Below, one piece after another: positions 18,624 to 26,599 of a DNA stretch of 64,000 nt. Every line of letters begins with the position of its first letter. The first letter of the stretch is position 1. The position numbers and the translations under genes were made by a program. Where the stretch lies: contig JAACWB010000005.1 in the NCBI GenBank assembly GCA_009992215.1, positions 16,676 through 80,675 on the forward strand. Direction: 5' to 3'. The stretch is from an archaeon (GTDB lineage: Archaea; Nanobdellota; Nanobdellia; Pacearchaeales; GW2011-AR1). Below the pieces are notes generated by a model, which did not search any database, was not told where the DNA came from, and saw only the letters and a list, made by a program, of their open reading frames with translations.

Positions 18624-18737
18624 CTAAAAGAAGGGTTCTTCGGAGCCCTTTTTTTATTTTATTTTCTTTTAGCTTTCCACTGGTCCTCGCTTCGCTGTGG
18701 TTTCTCATATTTTTCAAATATTCCAAAAGGGGGCGCT
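18617..18737 (+). repeat. Direct repeat GGGGGCGCT (tRNA-Ser 3' end) at 18617-18625 and 18729-18737
   Basis: Exact 9-mer copies 112 nt apart, each followed by a UUCG-capped hairpin and a T tract. Confidence 0.9.
18631..18657 (+). terminator. Hairpin plus T tract after tRNA-Ser
   Basis: AAGGGTTC-TTCG-GAGCCCTT followed by TTTTTTT. Confidence 0.6.
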
Positions 18738-18741
18738 GAAT

Positions 18742-18770
18742 AAGGAACTCTTCGGAGTTCCTTTTTCTTT
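18742..18770 (+). terminator. Second UUCG hairpin plus T tract after the duplicated tRNA-Ser 3' end
   Basis: AAGGAACTC-TTCG-GAGTTCCTT followed by a T-rich run. Confidence 0.55.
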
Positions 18771-18809
18771 TTACTTAAAACTTAAAAATATCTTATTCAT
18801 AATTATAGG

Positions 18810-19490
18810 ATGAGGCGATTTAGGAGAAAAGATTATTTTGCAATGTTTTTGCTTTTGAGTTTGGGAATTCTAATATTTTGGATGATAAAATCTTATATTT
18901 CACATAATTTTATTTATGATTTATTTCAGAATAATACTCTAGAAATTACTGAAGACATACAAAATTATGGAAACATTTCATATCTTGTTTTTGTCTTTTT
19001 AATTTTTCTTGAATGTATTTTTGCTCCGTTTCCGCCACTTATTTTATACATTGCGGGAGGAACTCTTTTTGGAGGACTCTTTGGGGGATTTCTTGCTTTA
19101 ATTGGAAATTTCTTGGGTGCGGCGGTTGCATTTAAAATTTCATACTATTATGGAAAAGAAAAAATTTTACCTAGAATCCCAAAAAAAATAAGAGAGAAAT
19201 TTGATAAATATTCAAAAAAATATGGTCCAGCTTCTGTTTTTTTCTTAAGAATTAATCCCCTTACTTCTTCAGATATTTTTAGTTATCTTGCTGGATTAAC
19301 GAATATGAGTTTTTGGAAATTTTTAGCTGGAACAACTCTTGGTCTTTTACCAATTGTGTTTTTACAAACTTACTTGGGAGAAACAATTCAACAACATCCG
19401 CTTGTAACAAAAATTTCAATTATTGTCGGAGCACTTTACGTTTTAGTTTTCTTTGTAATTTACTTTTGGATTAGAAAGAAGAGAAAATAA
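18810..19490 (+). CDS. DedA/TVP38-TMEM64 family membrane protein
   Basis: FAPFPPLILYIAGGTLFGGLFGGFLALIGNFLGAAVAFKISYYYGKE matches the SNARE-associated/DedA core. Confidence 0.75.
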   Translation: MRRFRRKDYFAMFLLLSLGILIFWMIKSYISHNFIYDLFQNNTLEITEDIQNYGNISYLVFVFLIFLECIFAPFPPLILYIAGGTLFGGLFGGFLALIGNFLGAAVAFKISYYYGKEKILPRIPKKIREKFDKYSKKYGPASVFFLRINPLTSSDIFSYLAGLTNMSFWKFLAGTTLGLLPIVFLQTYLGETIQQHPLVTKISIIVGALYVLVFFVIYFWIRKKRK

Positions 19491-19537
19491 TATTTGATTA
19501 CAATAATGTTTATTAAGAAAGTTGAATTTTAGTATAA

Positions 19538-19900
19538 ATGAAAAATACATTAACAAATACTTTTGGTCTTAAATTAAATAAAAATCAATCGTTTGGAGAT
19601 TTGAAACATGATTTTATGAAGGTCTTTGAATTATACGATGCGGCAGATAAAACAATTTTTTATGGTAATTTGAATTTAAAAGAAGAAGAAAATAGAAAAC
19701 AATATTTAATTGAAATAAAAAATGAAGGAGCGATTTTTGCAGATTTGAATTCTAATAATAATTTAAAATACTCTACAGGAGATAATCTTTCTGGTTTAAT
19801 AAAATTGGTTGGATTTGATTGGGATTCTAAAATATTTGAAGAATTAAATGACAAATTTTATGATTTAGTAAAAAAATATAATCCTTTTAATTTAGATTAA
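19538..19900 (+). CDS. Hypothetical protein (120 aa)
   Basis: ORF only. Confidence 0.35.
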   Translation: MKNTLTNTFGLKLNKNQSFGDLKHDFMKVFELYDAADKTIFYGNLNLKEEENRKQYLIEIKNEGAIFADLNSNNNLKYSTGDNLSGLIKLVGFDWDSKIFEELNDKFYDLVKKYNPFNLD

Positions 19901-21850
19901 TTAACTAAAATTCTCTTTATATTCTGTTTCAACTAAATCTAATACTCTCTCATCTGGACTTAATAATTCTACGTGGTCTGTTTTGAAACGAAGCCCACGA
20001 TAAATTTTTTGCAAAAATTCACGACGAGCTTTGTCTTTATAGAATGCCCAATAATATCCTGGTTTTGTTTTCATTAATATTTTCCAGAAGGGGTCACTAA
20101 CGTTTGGATTTGGATATTTTGTAAAAACAATTGATTTACATTCTTTTCCTGGAAAGTCAACTCCCCTTGAATCTCTTGTTGAAAACAAGATGTCTCTTTT
20201 TCCTTCTTTGAATTCCTTAATTAAATTTCCTTCGTTGTCTTCGGTTTGCATTTCTCTTAACTTTTCACGAGATATTAAATTTTTCAGGGAATATTCTTTT
20301 AGTTCATCTTCACTTGGAATATCTAAAAAAGCATTAACGTGAACAAGTGTTGGTCTCTTTGCTAGTCCAACTGATTCGTCTAAGGCTTTTAGGTAATCCT
20401 CACGAGAAAATGTTTTATCTGAAAAATTAGAGTATTTACAATCCATTTCAGTCCCTGTTCTTTTTATTTCAATTGTTCCTTGGTCTTTTGTTTCTGCCTC
20501 GATAATTTCAAAATCTTCTAAACCAAAAATTGTTAAGAGAACTTCTTTTGAATGGAGTGTCCCAGACATTAAAACTAAAACGTTATTTTTATCAACAAAT
20601 TCTTTTAGTTTTTTTGCCAAGTTAATTGTTACAATTGAAATAGAAAAAATATTTTCTTTTTTTGTTACGGTTACATAACTTTCATTTAGAAATTCTTTAA
20701 ACATTTTTGCCGTTTCTAAAACGTCGAATAAATAACTTTCATCGTCAATATCTTTTAGCCAATCTTCTTTTAAGAAAATTTTTAAAATGTCATAAAGAGC
20801 TGTGAACTTTAAATCTAGAATCTCTCCAGATGTTCCTGCCTTTAAAATTTTTTCATCTTTTTTTAGATATTTGATTAATTCTAAAACTTCTTCAATCTTG
20901 TCTTCGTCGCCTTCACCTGAACCTAGTGCTTGAATCAATGAAGAGAGTAACCTTTCAATATTAATTGATCTTTGATTTGACAAGCTGTCTAAAAATTCAT
21001 CACATTCATCAATTATTTCAATTTCTGTTTTTGGTTTTCTGTTTAGTGCAGTTTCTAATTTGTATTTTAATGAATTAAAAACTATTACATCTGAATCTAT
21101 GTATGAATTGAACTGTTCATAAAATGGGCAACCTGGTTTTCTTTTGTATTGAATGTATTCTGTGTCTCCTAATCCTAAATAACGACGCTGTTTTGCATCT
21201 TTAAGAGATTTTAAATCAAATTTATCTGGGTAAACTGGACTCCAATATGGACAAACTGGCGCAACTGACAAACGTTTTACATCAGAAATCTTTGAAAAAT
21301 TTCTAACATCAACATTTTTGTTTTGTCTAATATATTCTTTTAATTTATTCCAGTTTCCTTCCCTGATTTCTATTTTACACGGAAGTTCTTTATTGTCTGC
21401 AGAAAAATCATTTCCATAAGAATCTTCAAACTCTTCTTTTTTTCCTGCAAAAATATCATATAGGCTAGAATTTATTTCTTTTTTTATTCTTGGGATTGCT
21501 TCTTTATTATCTTCTAAAAATTTACAAGGATGATTTTTTCGTCCAGTTATAATTGAAATTTTTAATTTTTCTTTATTGTCTTTTAACAAAAATTTATTTC
21601 CTTCATAGTCTCGTTTATATTGTGCTTGCAAATTTTTTCCGGGTACAACAATTGAAGCTTTTCCTAATTCTCTTGCTAAGTTTAGGGCGATTGCTGACTT
21701 TCCAGTCCCACAAACACCATGAATAAAAATTATTTTTTTTCCTTCTTTTATTTTTCCTAAAACTTCTTCTACCACATCGGCTTGGCTTTTGCCATTAGAA
21801 AAACAAAGTGGTGTAAGAAATTTCTCTTTATCATATAAATTCCATTCCAT
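19901..21850 (-). CDS. XPD/Rad3/DinG-like superfamily 2 helicase
   Basis: Walker A HGVCGTGKSAIAL; DExD-like IIDECDEFLD; C-terminal SRGVDFPGKECKSIVFTKYPNPNVSDPF (Helicase_C_2-like). Four Cys lie between Walker A and B (HPCK, LPCK, VCPYW, GCPFY), where XPD carries its 4Fe-4S domain. Confidence 0.7.
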   Translation of the reverse strand: MEWNLYDKEKFLTPLCFSNGKSQADVVEEVLGKIKEGKKIIFIHGVCGTGKSAIALNLARELGKASIVVPGKNLQAQYKRDYEGNKFLLKDNKEKLKISIITGRKNHPCKFLEDNKEAIPRIKKEINSSLYDIFAGKKEEFEDSYGNDFSADNKELPCKIEIREGNWNKLKEYIRQNKNVDVRNFSKISDVKRLSVAPVCPYWSPVYPDKFDLKSLKDAKQRRYLGLGDTEYIQYKRKPGCPFYEQFNSYIDSDVIVFNSLKYKLETALNRKPKTEIEIIDECDEFLDSLSNQRSINIERLLSSLIQALGSGEGDEDKIEEVLELIKYLKKDEKILKAGTSGEILDLKFTALYDILKIFLKEDWLKDIDDESYLFDVLETAKMFKEFLNESYVTVTKKENIFSISIVTINLAKKLKEFVDKNNVLVLMSGTLHSKEVLLTIFGLEDFEIIEAETKDQGTIEIKRTGTEMDCKYSNFSDKTFSREDYLKALDESVGLAKRPTLVHVNAFLDIPSEDELKEYSLKNLISREKLREMQTEDNEGNLIKEFKEGKRDILFSTRDSRGVDFPGKECKSIVFTKYPNPNVSDPFWKILMKTKPGYYWAFYKDKARREFLQKIYRGLRFKTDHVELLSPDERVLDLVETEYKENFS

Positions 21851-21903
21851 AACAAAAGTAAAAAATAATTTATTATAAAGATTTAGGATTAGTTAGAAGT
21901 TAA

Positions 21904-22272
21904 TTAAAACGGAAGAGGCTCATTGGCTTCATCTATCTCTTCTTGAGTCATTGGCCAGCGAATTAATTTTTTATACATAGGGTCTCCATCTGGCAGAGGT
22001 TCATCTTTGAAATACAAAAATCCTTTTCCATCGAAAGGACAAAATAATCCATAACCATTTAATAGTGCATCTGATCCATCATCAACTTTTTTGTTTGTTT
22101 TGACTAATGCATATGGTTGCCCATATAAAATTTTTCTTTCAACAACCACTCCCTCCCACGTGCTTTCATTAAAAGATACATTAACTGAATCTCCTTTTTG
22201 AAAATTTCTTCTAACAAAATGAGACTCAAAAACTCCTTCATCCGGAATAGCCACAATTTCAAATAATCCCAT
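21904..22272 (-). CDS. Hypothetical protein (122 aa) directly upstream of the helicase
   Basis: ORF only. Confidence 0.4.
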   Translation of the reverse strand: MGLFEIVAIPDEGVFESHFVRRNFQKGDSVNVSFNESTWEGVVVERKILYGQPYALVKTNKKVDDGSDALLNGYGLFCPFDGKGFLYFKDEPLPDGDPMYKKLIRWPMTQEEIDEANEPLPF

Positions 22273-22320
22273 AAAAAATAATTCTTACTTGAGTTTATAA
22301 GAATTTATATTCAATTTTTG

Positions 22321-22626
22321 TTAATCTTTCAAAAGATATTTTTTGATTGCCCAAAGGATTAAAGATACAATTGATAGCGTTAAAAACCATTTGAAATAAG
22401 TTGAGCCAATCACAGTTAAAAACATTAATATCAAAAATATTATGGCCAAATATTTCCACGAATCCACATTTCCAAATGTTTTGAAAATCCAGATTGCTAA
22501 AAGAGTAAATGCCAAGAATAAAATTAAAATCCAAGCATCATTTTCTATTGGTAAAAATAAAGATAAAAAGACTAGACCAAAAGCAAAATACTTGTATAAA
22601 TCTATATTCATAAAATGAATATTCAA
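22321..22626 (-). CDS. Small membrane protein (about 3 TM)
   Basis: Hydrophobic segments throughout. Preferred over the overlapping 22295-22534 frame. Confidence 0.4.
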   Translation of the reverse strand: MNIHFMNIDLYKYFAFGLVFLSLFLPIENDAWILILFLAFTLLAIWIFKTFGNVDSWKYLAIIFLILMFLTVIGSTYFKWFLTLSIVSLILWAIKKYLLKD

Positions 22627-22660
22627 TAATTATTTATATTTTTATGCATCGGAGAAAAAG

Positions 22661-22691
22661 CTAAACTTCTGTTCTAACTAGAGAAGTTTAG
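22661..22691 (-). terminator. Hairpin terminator downstream of the L1-P0-P1 operon
   Basis: CTAAACTTCT-(11 nt)-AGAAGTTTAG, a 10-bp stem. On the minus strand a T-rich run (CTTTTTCTCC) follows it, about 35 nt after the P1 stop. Confidence 0.55.
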
Positions 22692-22724
22692 GGATTGACC
22701 CTTCGGAAAAATAATTTAACAAAA

Positions 22725-23012
22725 TTATCCGAATAATGAGGCCAATCCTTCTGCTGCAGCTTCTTTCTTTTCTTCTTTAGGTGCTTCTTCCTTTGGTGCT
22801 GCTGCTGGAGCCGCTGCCGCTGGAGCCGCTGAAACTAAACTAGCATTTGCTAATTCAGAAGCAATGTCTACACCGTTCAAGCTTGCAACTAATGACTTAA
22901 TTTTTGAATCGTCAACAGTTGCACCTGTAGCTGCAATTACAGCTTTCAAGCTGTCTTCTGTAACTTCTTTTTCAAGTTTGTGCAACAAAAGTGCCGCATA
23001 TATGTATTCCAT
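22725..23012 (-). CDS. rpl12: 50S ribosomal stalk protein P1 (aL12)
   Basis: MEYIYAALLLHKLEKEVTEDSLKAVIAATG..., Ala/Pro hinge, and C-terminal EEKKEAAAEGLASLFG. Confidence 0.9.
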   Translation of the reverse strand: MEYIYAALLLHKLEKEVTEDSLKAVIAATGATVDDSKIKSLVASLNGVDIASELANASLVSAAPAAAAPAAAPKEEAPKEEKKEAAAEGLASLFG

Positions 23013-23041
23013 GTTTTTCCTCCGTGGTTTAATTTTGAATA

Positions 23042-23920
23042 TTAAAAGAATGAAGCTGCAAAGTCTGCCTTTGGTTCTTCTTTCTTCTCTTCTTGTTTAA
23101 TTTCTTCAACTGGTGCTTCTTTGACAATCACTTCGTCTGGTTCACCAGTAATAACTTTAACTAATCTTCTTTCTTGTCTTGCTGCTTTACCAATCATAAC
23201 TTTAACAGTTTCATTAGTTAAGTAGCCAATTTCAACTGCAAAAGGTAATGCTCTAGCATAAGCGTCAAGTAATGAAGCAAGTGTTCCTTCTGTATCAATT
23301 TTAATATCTACATAAATTGTATTTGTTTGTGAATCATAAGCTGAAAGTGGTTTAAAACCAATTGTGAAAGGTAAAATGTTTAATTTTCCTAACATGTCAG
23401 CAGCATTTTGTTTTATTGGTTCTCCAGATTTTGCAACAATTTTTGGTGCTTTAATTTCAATTTTTCCACCTTGAATCATAATTTGAATTCCAAGTGCACC
23501 TAATTCTGAAATTGCTGGACCAGGAGTTAAATCAGTTGGACCTGCTGGAACTTCGATATCAAAAGGAGCAATTTGCCCAGTCTTTGCTTTTGCTGCACTT
23601 TTATTTTTTAATAATTCAGCTGCTAATTCATATGAATCTAAGTTTGAAAATAAAACAGCAACTGCTCCATCAATTTGATCTTTTAATCCCAAAGCTTCTT
23701 TTTTACCAGCTTGTTCTACAGCTCTAAAAAATAAATTTCTTTTTGGAACTTTAACAATTGCTTTTCCTCTTAACTTTTTTGAAATTGATTGAAATTGTGA
23801 ACCTGGAATACTTCCTATGTCAGCTACTAAAATTGTTTTATGTGAAGAAATTAATTCAATTAATTCTTTTACTGCATTCAATTTTTTCTTTGGAATGTTT
23901 TCAACAACTTGTTTTGCCAT
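23042..23920 (-). CDS. rpl10: 50S ribosomal protein uL10 (P0)
   Basis: Synteny L1-P0-P1. Acidic C-terminal tail ending DFAASFF, the stalk consensus. Confidence 0.9.
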   Translation of the reverse strand: MAKQVVENIPKKKLNAVKELIELISSHKTILVADIGSIPGSQFQSISKKLRGKAIVKVPKRNLFFRAVEQAGKKEALGLKDQIDGAVAVLFSNLDSYELAAELLKNKSAAKAKTGQIAPFDIEVPAGPTDLTPGPAISELGALGIQIMIQGGKIEIKAPKIVAKSGEPIKQNAADMLGKLNILPFTIGFKPLSAYDSQTNTIYVDIKIDTEGTLASLLDAYARALPFAVEIGYLTNETVKVMIGKAARQERRLVKVITGEPDEVIVKEAPVEEIKQEEKKEEPKADFAASFF

Positions 23921-23921
23921 T

Positions 23922-24551
23922 TTATCTTACGTGAATTTTAATTGGTTTAGTCATAGTGAATTTAACTTCGATATTTTTTATGTTTTCTTTATCTCTAGGT
24001 AAATTCTTTAATAACTCAATATAAATTGCATTAATGTTTTCCATTATGTCTTCGTCTTTCATTGATTGTTTACCTACTGGAACCTTAACTGATGATTCTT
24101 TAACTCTAATTTTTACTGAAGTGTTAATTTTATCTTTTAATTCAGAAATTGTTTTTTCATCTGCGTTAAGAATAATTCCTAATTGTGGAGAAGGCATTTT
24201 TCCTGCTGGACCTAAAACTCTACCAAAAACAGTTGCTACTTTTGGCATTATTTTACCTTGAGCAATAAAGAAGTCATATTTGTCAACTAATTTCTTTAAT
24301 GCTTTTTTATCATTATATTTATTGAATTCGTTTAAAGTAATTGTATCAATTAATTCTGAATCAGCTTCCAAAAATGCAGCAACTTTTTTGTCCTTTGCTT
24401 TGTGTGGAACATTTACAAATAAATTAATTGGGTTTTTCTTTACTGAATATTTTTGTAAATTAATAATTAAGTCTACAGTTTGGTCAAACTTTCGTTCTTT
24501 ACCTTCTCTTAGAGTTTCTAATGCTTTTTTTATTTGTTCGTCGTATTCCAT
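23922..24551 (-). CDS. rpl1: 50S ribosomal protein uL1 (start at the first ATG, MEYDEQIKKALE)
   Basis: FDQTVDLIINLQ...FFIAQGKIMPKVATVFGRVLGPAGKMP. The track ORF begins at a TTG at 24575. Confidence 0.9.
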   Translation of the reverse strand: MEYDEQIKKALETLREGKERKFDQTVDLIINLQKYSVKKNPINLFVNVPHKAKDKKVAAFLEADSELIDTITLNEFNKYNDKKALKKLVDKYDFFIAQGKIMPKVATVFGRVLGPAGKMPSPQLGIILNADEKTISELKDKINTSVKIRVKESSVKVPVGKQSMKDEDIMENINAIYIELLKNLPRDKENIKNIEVKFTMTKPIKIHVR

Positions 24552-24706
24552 CGTATTTTTACTCCCAATCCGCAATTTCCTTTAAACAGTTACCTTCGAA
24601 ATAAGGGAAATTGGAATGTGTTCGCCTCCTACGCGTAAGCTCATGAAACAAGAATTGTCTGTTTCATCAGTTGTAGTTTATGGCTATGATTATTTTGGGA
24701 TACTTT

Positions 24707-24724
24707 GGTTTATAAAAGTTTCCG
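24707..24724 (-). promoter_or_regulatory. Candidate BRE/TATA promoter of the L1 operon
   Basis: Minus strand reads CGGAAACTTTTATAAACC. It shares 16 identical nt with the element at 13371-13387. Confidence 0.45.
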
Positions 24725-24733
24725 TGATTAGTT

Positions 24734-25483
24734 TTATGAATAATTTATTGAAAAAACATGCTTGGTTAAAATATTTGCTAATTCTTTTGAATCAAAACAG
24801 GCACTCACTCCTTTAATTTTAACTAATTCATTTAATTTTTTATATTGTTCTATTACTTTTTTAAAATCAGTTCCATCTTTTTGGTATGAATAAGAAAGAG
24901 CGTCTAAAGGAGATTTATGTCCTGAAATAAAATCTCCAAACCAAAAAGCATAAGCCTCATTGGATTCATTACTAACTGATTCAGGCAACATCCAAAAAAT
25001 ATTACTATAACTAAAATCTTTTTTCATATTTATTCCCACATCTCTTTCTAAAAATTCATGAAATATTATGTGGCCATATTCATGAGAAATTATTAACTTA
25101 AAATTTTCTTCTGGAGAGATTCTTTTTTCAAGACCTTTTTCATTTAAAACTGTTCCAGGTTCCTGAAGATTTCCAACATAAAAATTTGTTAAGGGATGCC
25201 AAACTCCTTTTTTATCTCTTGTTGTAGCTCCTTGTGCTTCAATATTCCAAGAATAATAAATATTTCTTTTATCTAATTTAATTGGAGTCTTTTTGTTTAT
25301 TTTTTTGATAATTTCATTGTTAATTTCTTCTCCTCTTCCTTCAACTAAAGTTGAATTATCAAACCTTTCCTTTATTAAATATTGAATTAATTTTCTATCT
25401 TTCTCCATATCTTCTGAAAATTTAATTGGTTTCGGAGGATAAATTGAATTTTCTAAATTTAATTTATATTTTGATTTTGTCAT
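24734..25483 (-). CDS. Putative zinc metalloprotease-like protein (HExxH)
   Basis: Single HEYGH motif (LIISHEYGHIIFHEF). No further family assignment possible. Confidence 0.45.
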   Translation of the reverse strand: MTKSKYKLNLENSIYPPKPIKFSEDMEKDRKLIQYLIKERFDNSTLVEGRGEEINNEIIKKINKKTPIKLDKRNIYYSWNIEAQGATTRDKKGVWHPLTNFYVGNLQEPGTVLNEKGLEKRISPEENFKLIISHEYGHIIFHEFLERDVGINMKKDFSYSNIFWMLPESVSNESNEAYAFWFGDFISGHKSPLDALSYSYQKDGTDFKKVIEQYKKLNELVKIKGVSACFDSKELANILTKHVFSINYS

Positions 25484-25500
25484 AACTTTTACATGGTAAC

Positions 25501-25513
25501 AACTTTTATAAAG
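25501..25513 (+). promoter_or_regulatory. Candidate TATA box for the structured RNA gene
   Basis: AACTTTTATAAAG about 25-30 nt upstream of 25534. Same AACTTTTATAAA core as the r-protein promoters. Confidence 0.45.
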
Positions 25514-25533
25514 TTACTTATACTAAATTAGTT

Positions 25534-25930
25534 ACAAGTCAAGGAGCTAACTTTCGAGAGTCTGGCATTAAATTGTCGAGTGTTTGAAATGTGAACATTG
25601 ATTCTTGAGGAAGGTCCGCGCACCCCGAGTTTCCGTTATGGACTCTTAGGACAAAATCATCGAGGAAATCTCGAGCGTTGTGAAGCGCAGCTCTGGTACA
25701 GAAACGACACAGCTCATTTGGAGTTATGACTCTTGCGATGAACGGCGAAGAATGAGATTTGATGAAACGAGCATCTTGATTGGTGCAAGGGTAACAGTTA
25801 GTTTATAGTAAGTGATTGTTAGTTTTTAGCAAACACAGAAAAAATTAATGAAGTACGCCCGCTTAGTTGGATGTTAGCACATTTGGTCTGAATACAGCAA
25901 ATGACAGAACGTGGCCTAACCTTGACTTGT
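25534..25930 (+). ncRNA. rnpB: Structured ncRNA, probably RNase P RNA (core about 25543-25882; maximal span closed by an 11-bp terminal helix)
   Basis: ORF-free and visibly GC-richer than its flanks. CR-I-like GAGGAAGGTCCGCGCACCCC at about 25607-25626; GGTACAGAAACG; GGTGCAAGGGTAACAG; CR-V-like ACAGAA...CCCGCTTAG at about 25825-25865. AGCTAAC (25545-25551) pairs with GTTAGC (25873-25878). ACAAGTCAAGG (25534-25544) pairs with CCTTGACTTGT (25920-25930). I could not recover a clean P4 pairing by eye. Confidence 0.5.
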
Positions 25931-26037
25931 ATTTCTTTTCCACGTTCTTACAAAACGACCGGCAAATCAGGGATTTACCCATCGGACATAAAAGCTCACT
26001 TCATTCGGTTTCATGTCAGTGGACTACCTTGACTTGT
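25920..26037 (+). repeat. Direct repeat CCTTGACTTGT at 25920-25930 and 26027-26037; inverted copy at 25534-25544
   Basis: Exact 11-mers 107 nt apart. Extended similarity GGCCTAACCTTGACTTGT versus GGACTACCTTGACTTGT. Confidence 0.9.
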
Positions 26038-26047
26038 TTATTTTTAA

Positions 26048-26371
26048 TTAAAGAAAATTTTCTTCAAAATATAGTTTAGAATAATTTGGATGTCCTTCTT
26101 TCAAATCGTCTAAAAAACCCCACATGGATTTTGTTTGCATCCTACGATAACACCAAATTTCAGGGTTTATTTTTTCTTTCATTGGGTGCTCTGCATAAGG
26201 AATATTCGACCAATTTTTTTTATCTATTTCAATATATCCTCTTCCGTTTGTAACAATTCCTTCTATTAATTCATCAAGAGAACGCTCTTGTAAAAAAAAT
26301 TTTCCTTTTTTGTCTTCATATATTTTTCCAAGTACGGAATTTCCTGTTTCTTTACCTGCTGGAATTATCAT
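26048..26371 (-). CDS. Hypothetical protein (107 aa)
   Basis: ORF only. Confidence 0.4.
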   Translation of the reverse strand: MIIPAGKETGNSVLGKIYEDKKGKFFLQERSLDELIEGIVTNGRGYIEIDKKNWSNIPYAEHPMKEKINPEIWCYRRMQTKSMWGFLDDLKEGHPNYSKLYFEENFL

Positions 26372-26426
26372 AGTTGAAAAATAATATATTAGTTTTTAAC
26401 TATTTCTATTTAATAAAAAAGAAAAA

Positions 26427-26498
26427 TGGGAAGAGAGGGAGTCGAACCCTCGACTCCATGATCTTCAGTCATGTGCTCTCCCGCTGAGCTACCTTCCC
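26427..26498 (-). tRNA. tRNA-Phe (anticodon GAA)
   Basis: Minus strand: GGGAAGG-TA-GCTC-AGCGGGAGA-GAGC-A-CATGA-CTGAAGA-TCATG-GAGTC-GAGGG-TTCGACT-CCCTC-TCTTCCC-A. Confidence 0.9.
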
Positions 26499-26599
26499 AT
26501 GTTATATAATAGAACAGTTTTCTTTTTTAAAGTTTGTTAATTCCTTTTATCAGAACTTTTATAAATAAGTGTGAATATAATTTATTATTGAGGTTGATT

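Noticed and set aside
18488-18739. ORFs 18488-18739 (+) and 18529-18726 (-) as protein-coding genes
   Set aside because: Both run straight through tRNA-Ser and its hairpin terminators. The translated sequence reflects tRNA and terminator sequence, not a protein.
22295-22534. 79-aa ORF overlapping the 101-aa membrane ORF on the same strand
   Set aside because: It is an alternative frame of the same region. The 22321-22626 frame gives coherent transmembrane helices and is longer.
25534-26040. SRP (7S) RNA or a C/D-box sRNA as the identity of the GC-richer non-coding region
   Set aside because: I saw no helix-8-type GGAA/AGCA symmetric-loop motifs and no proper C (RUGAUGA) or D (CUGA) box pairs at the termini. 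The GAGGAAGGTCC and ACAGAA...CCCGCTTA strings favour RNase P RNA.
25867-26079. 70-aa ORF in the region downstream of the RNase P RNA candidate
   Set aside because: It starts at a non-ATG codon inside a structured, repeat-bearing non-coding region. It has no ribosome-binding or promoter context and overlaps the repeated 11-mers.
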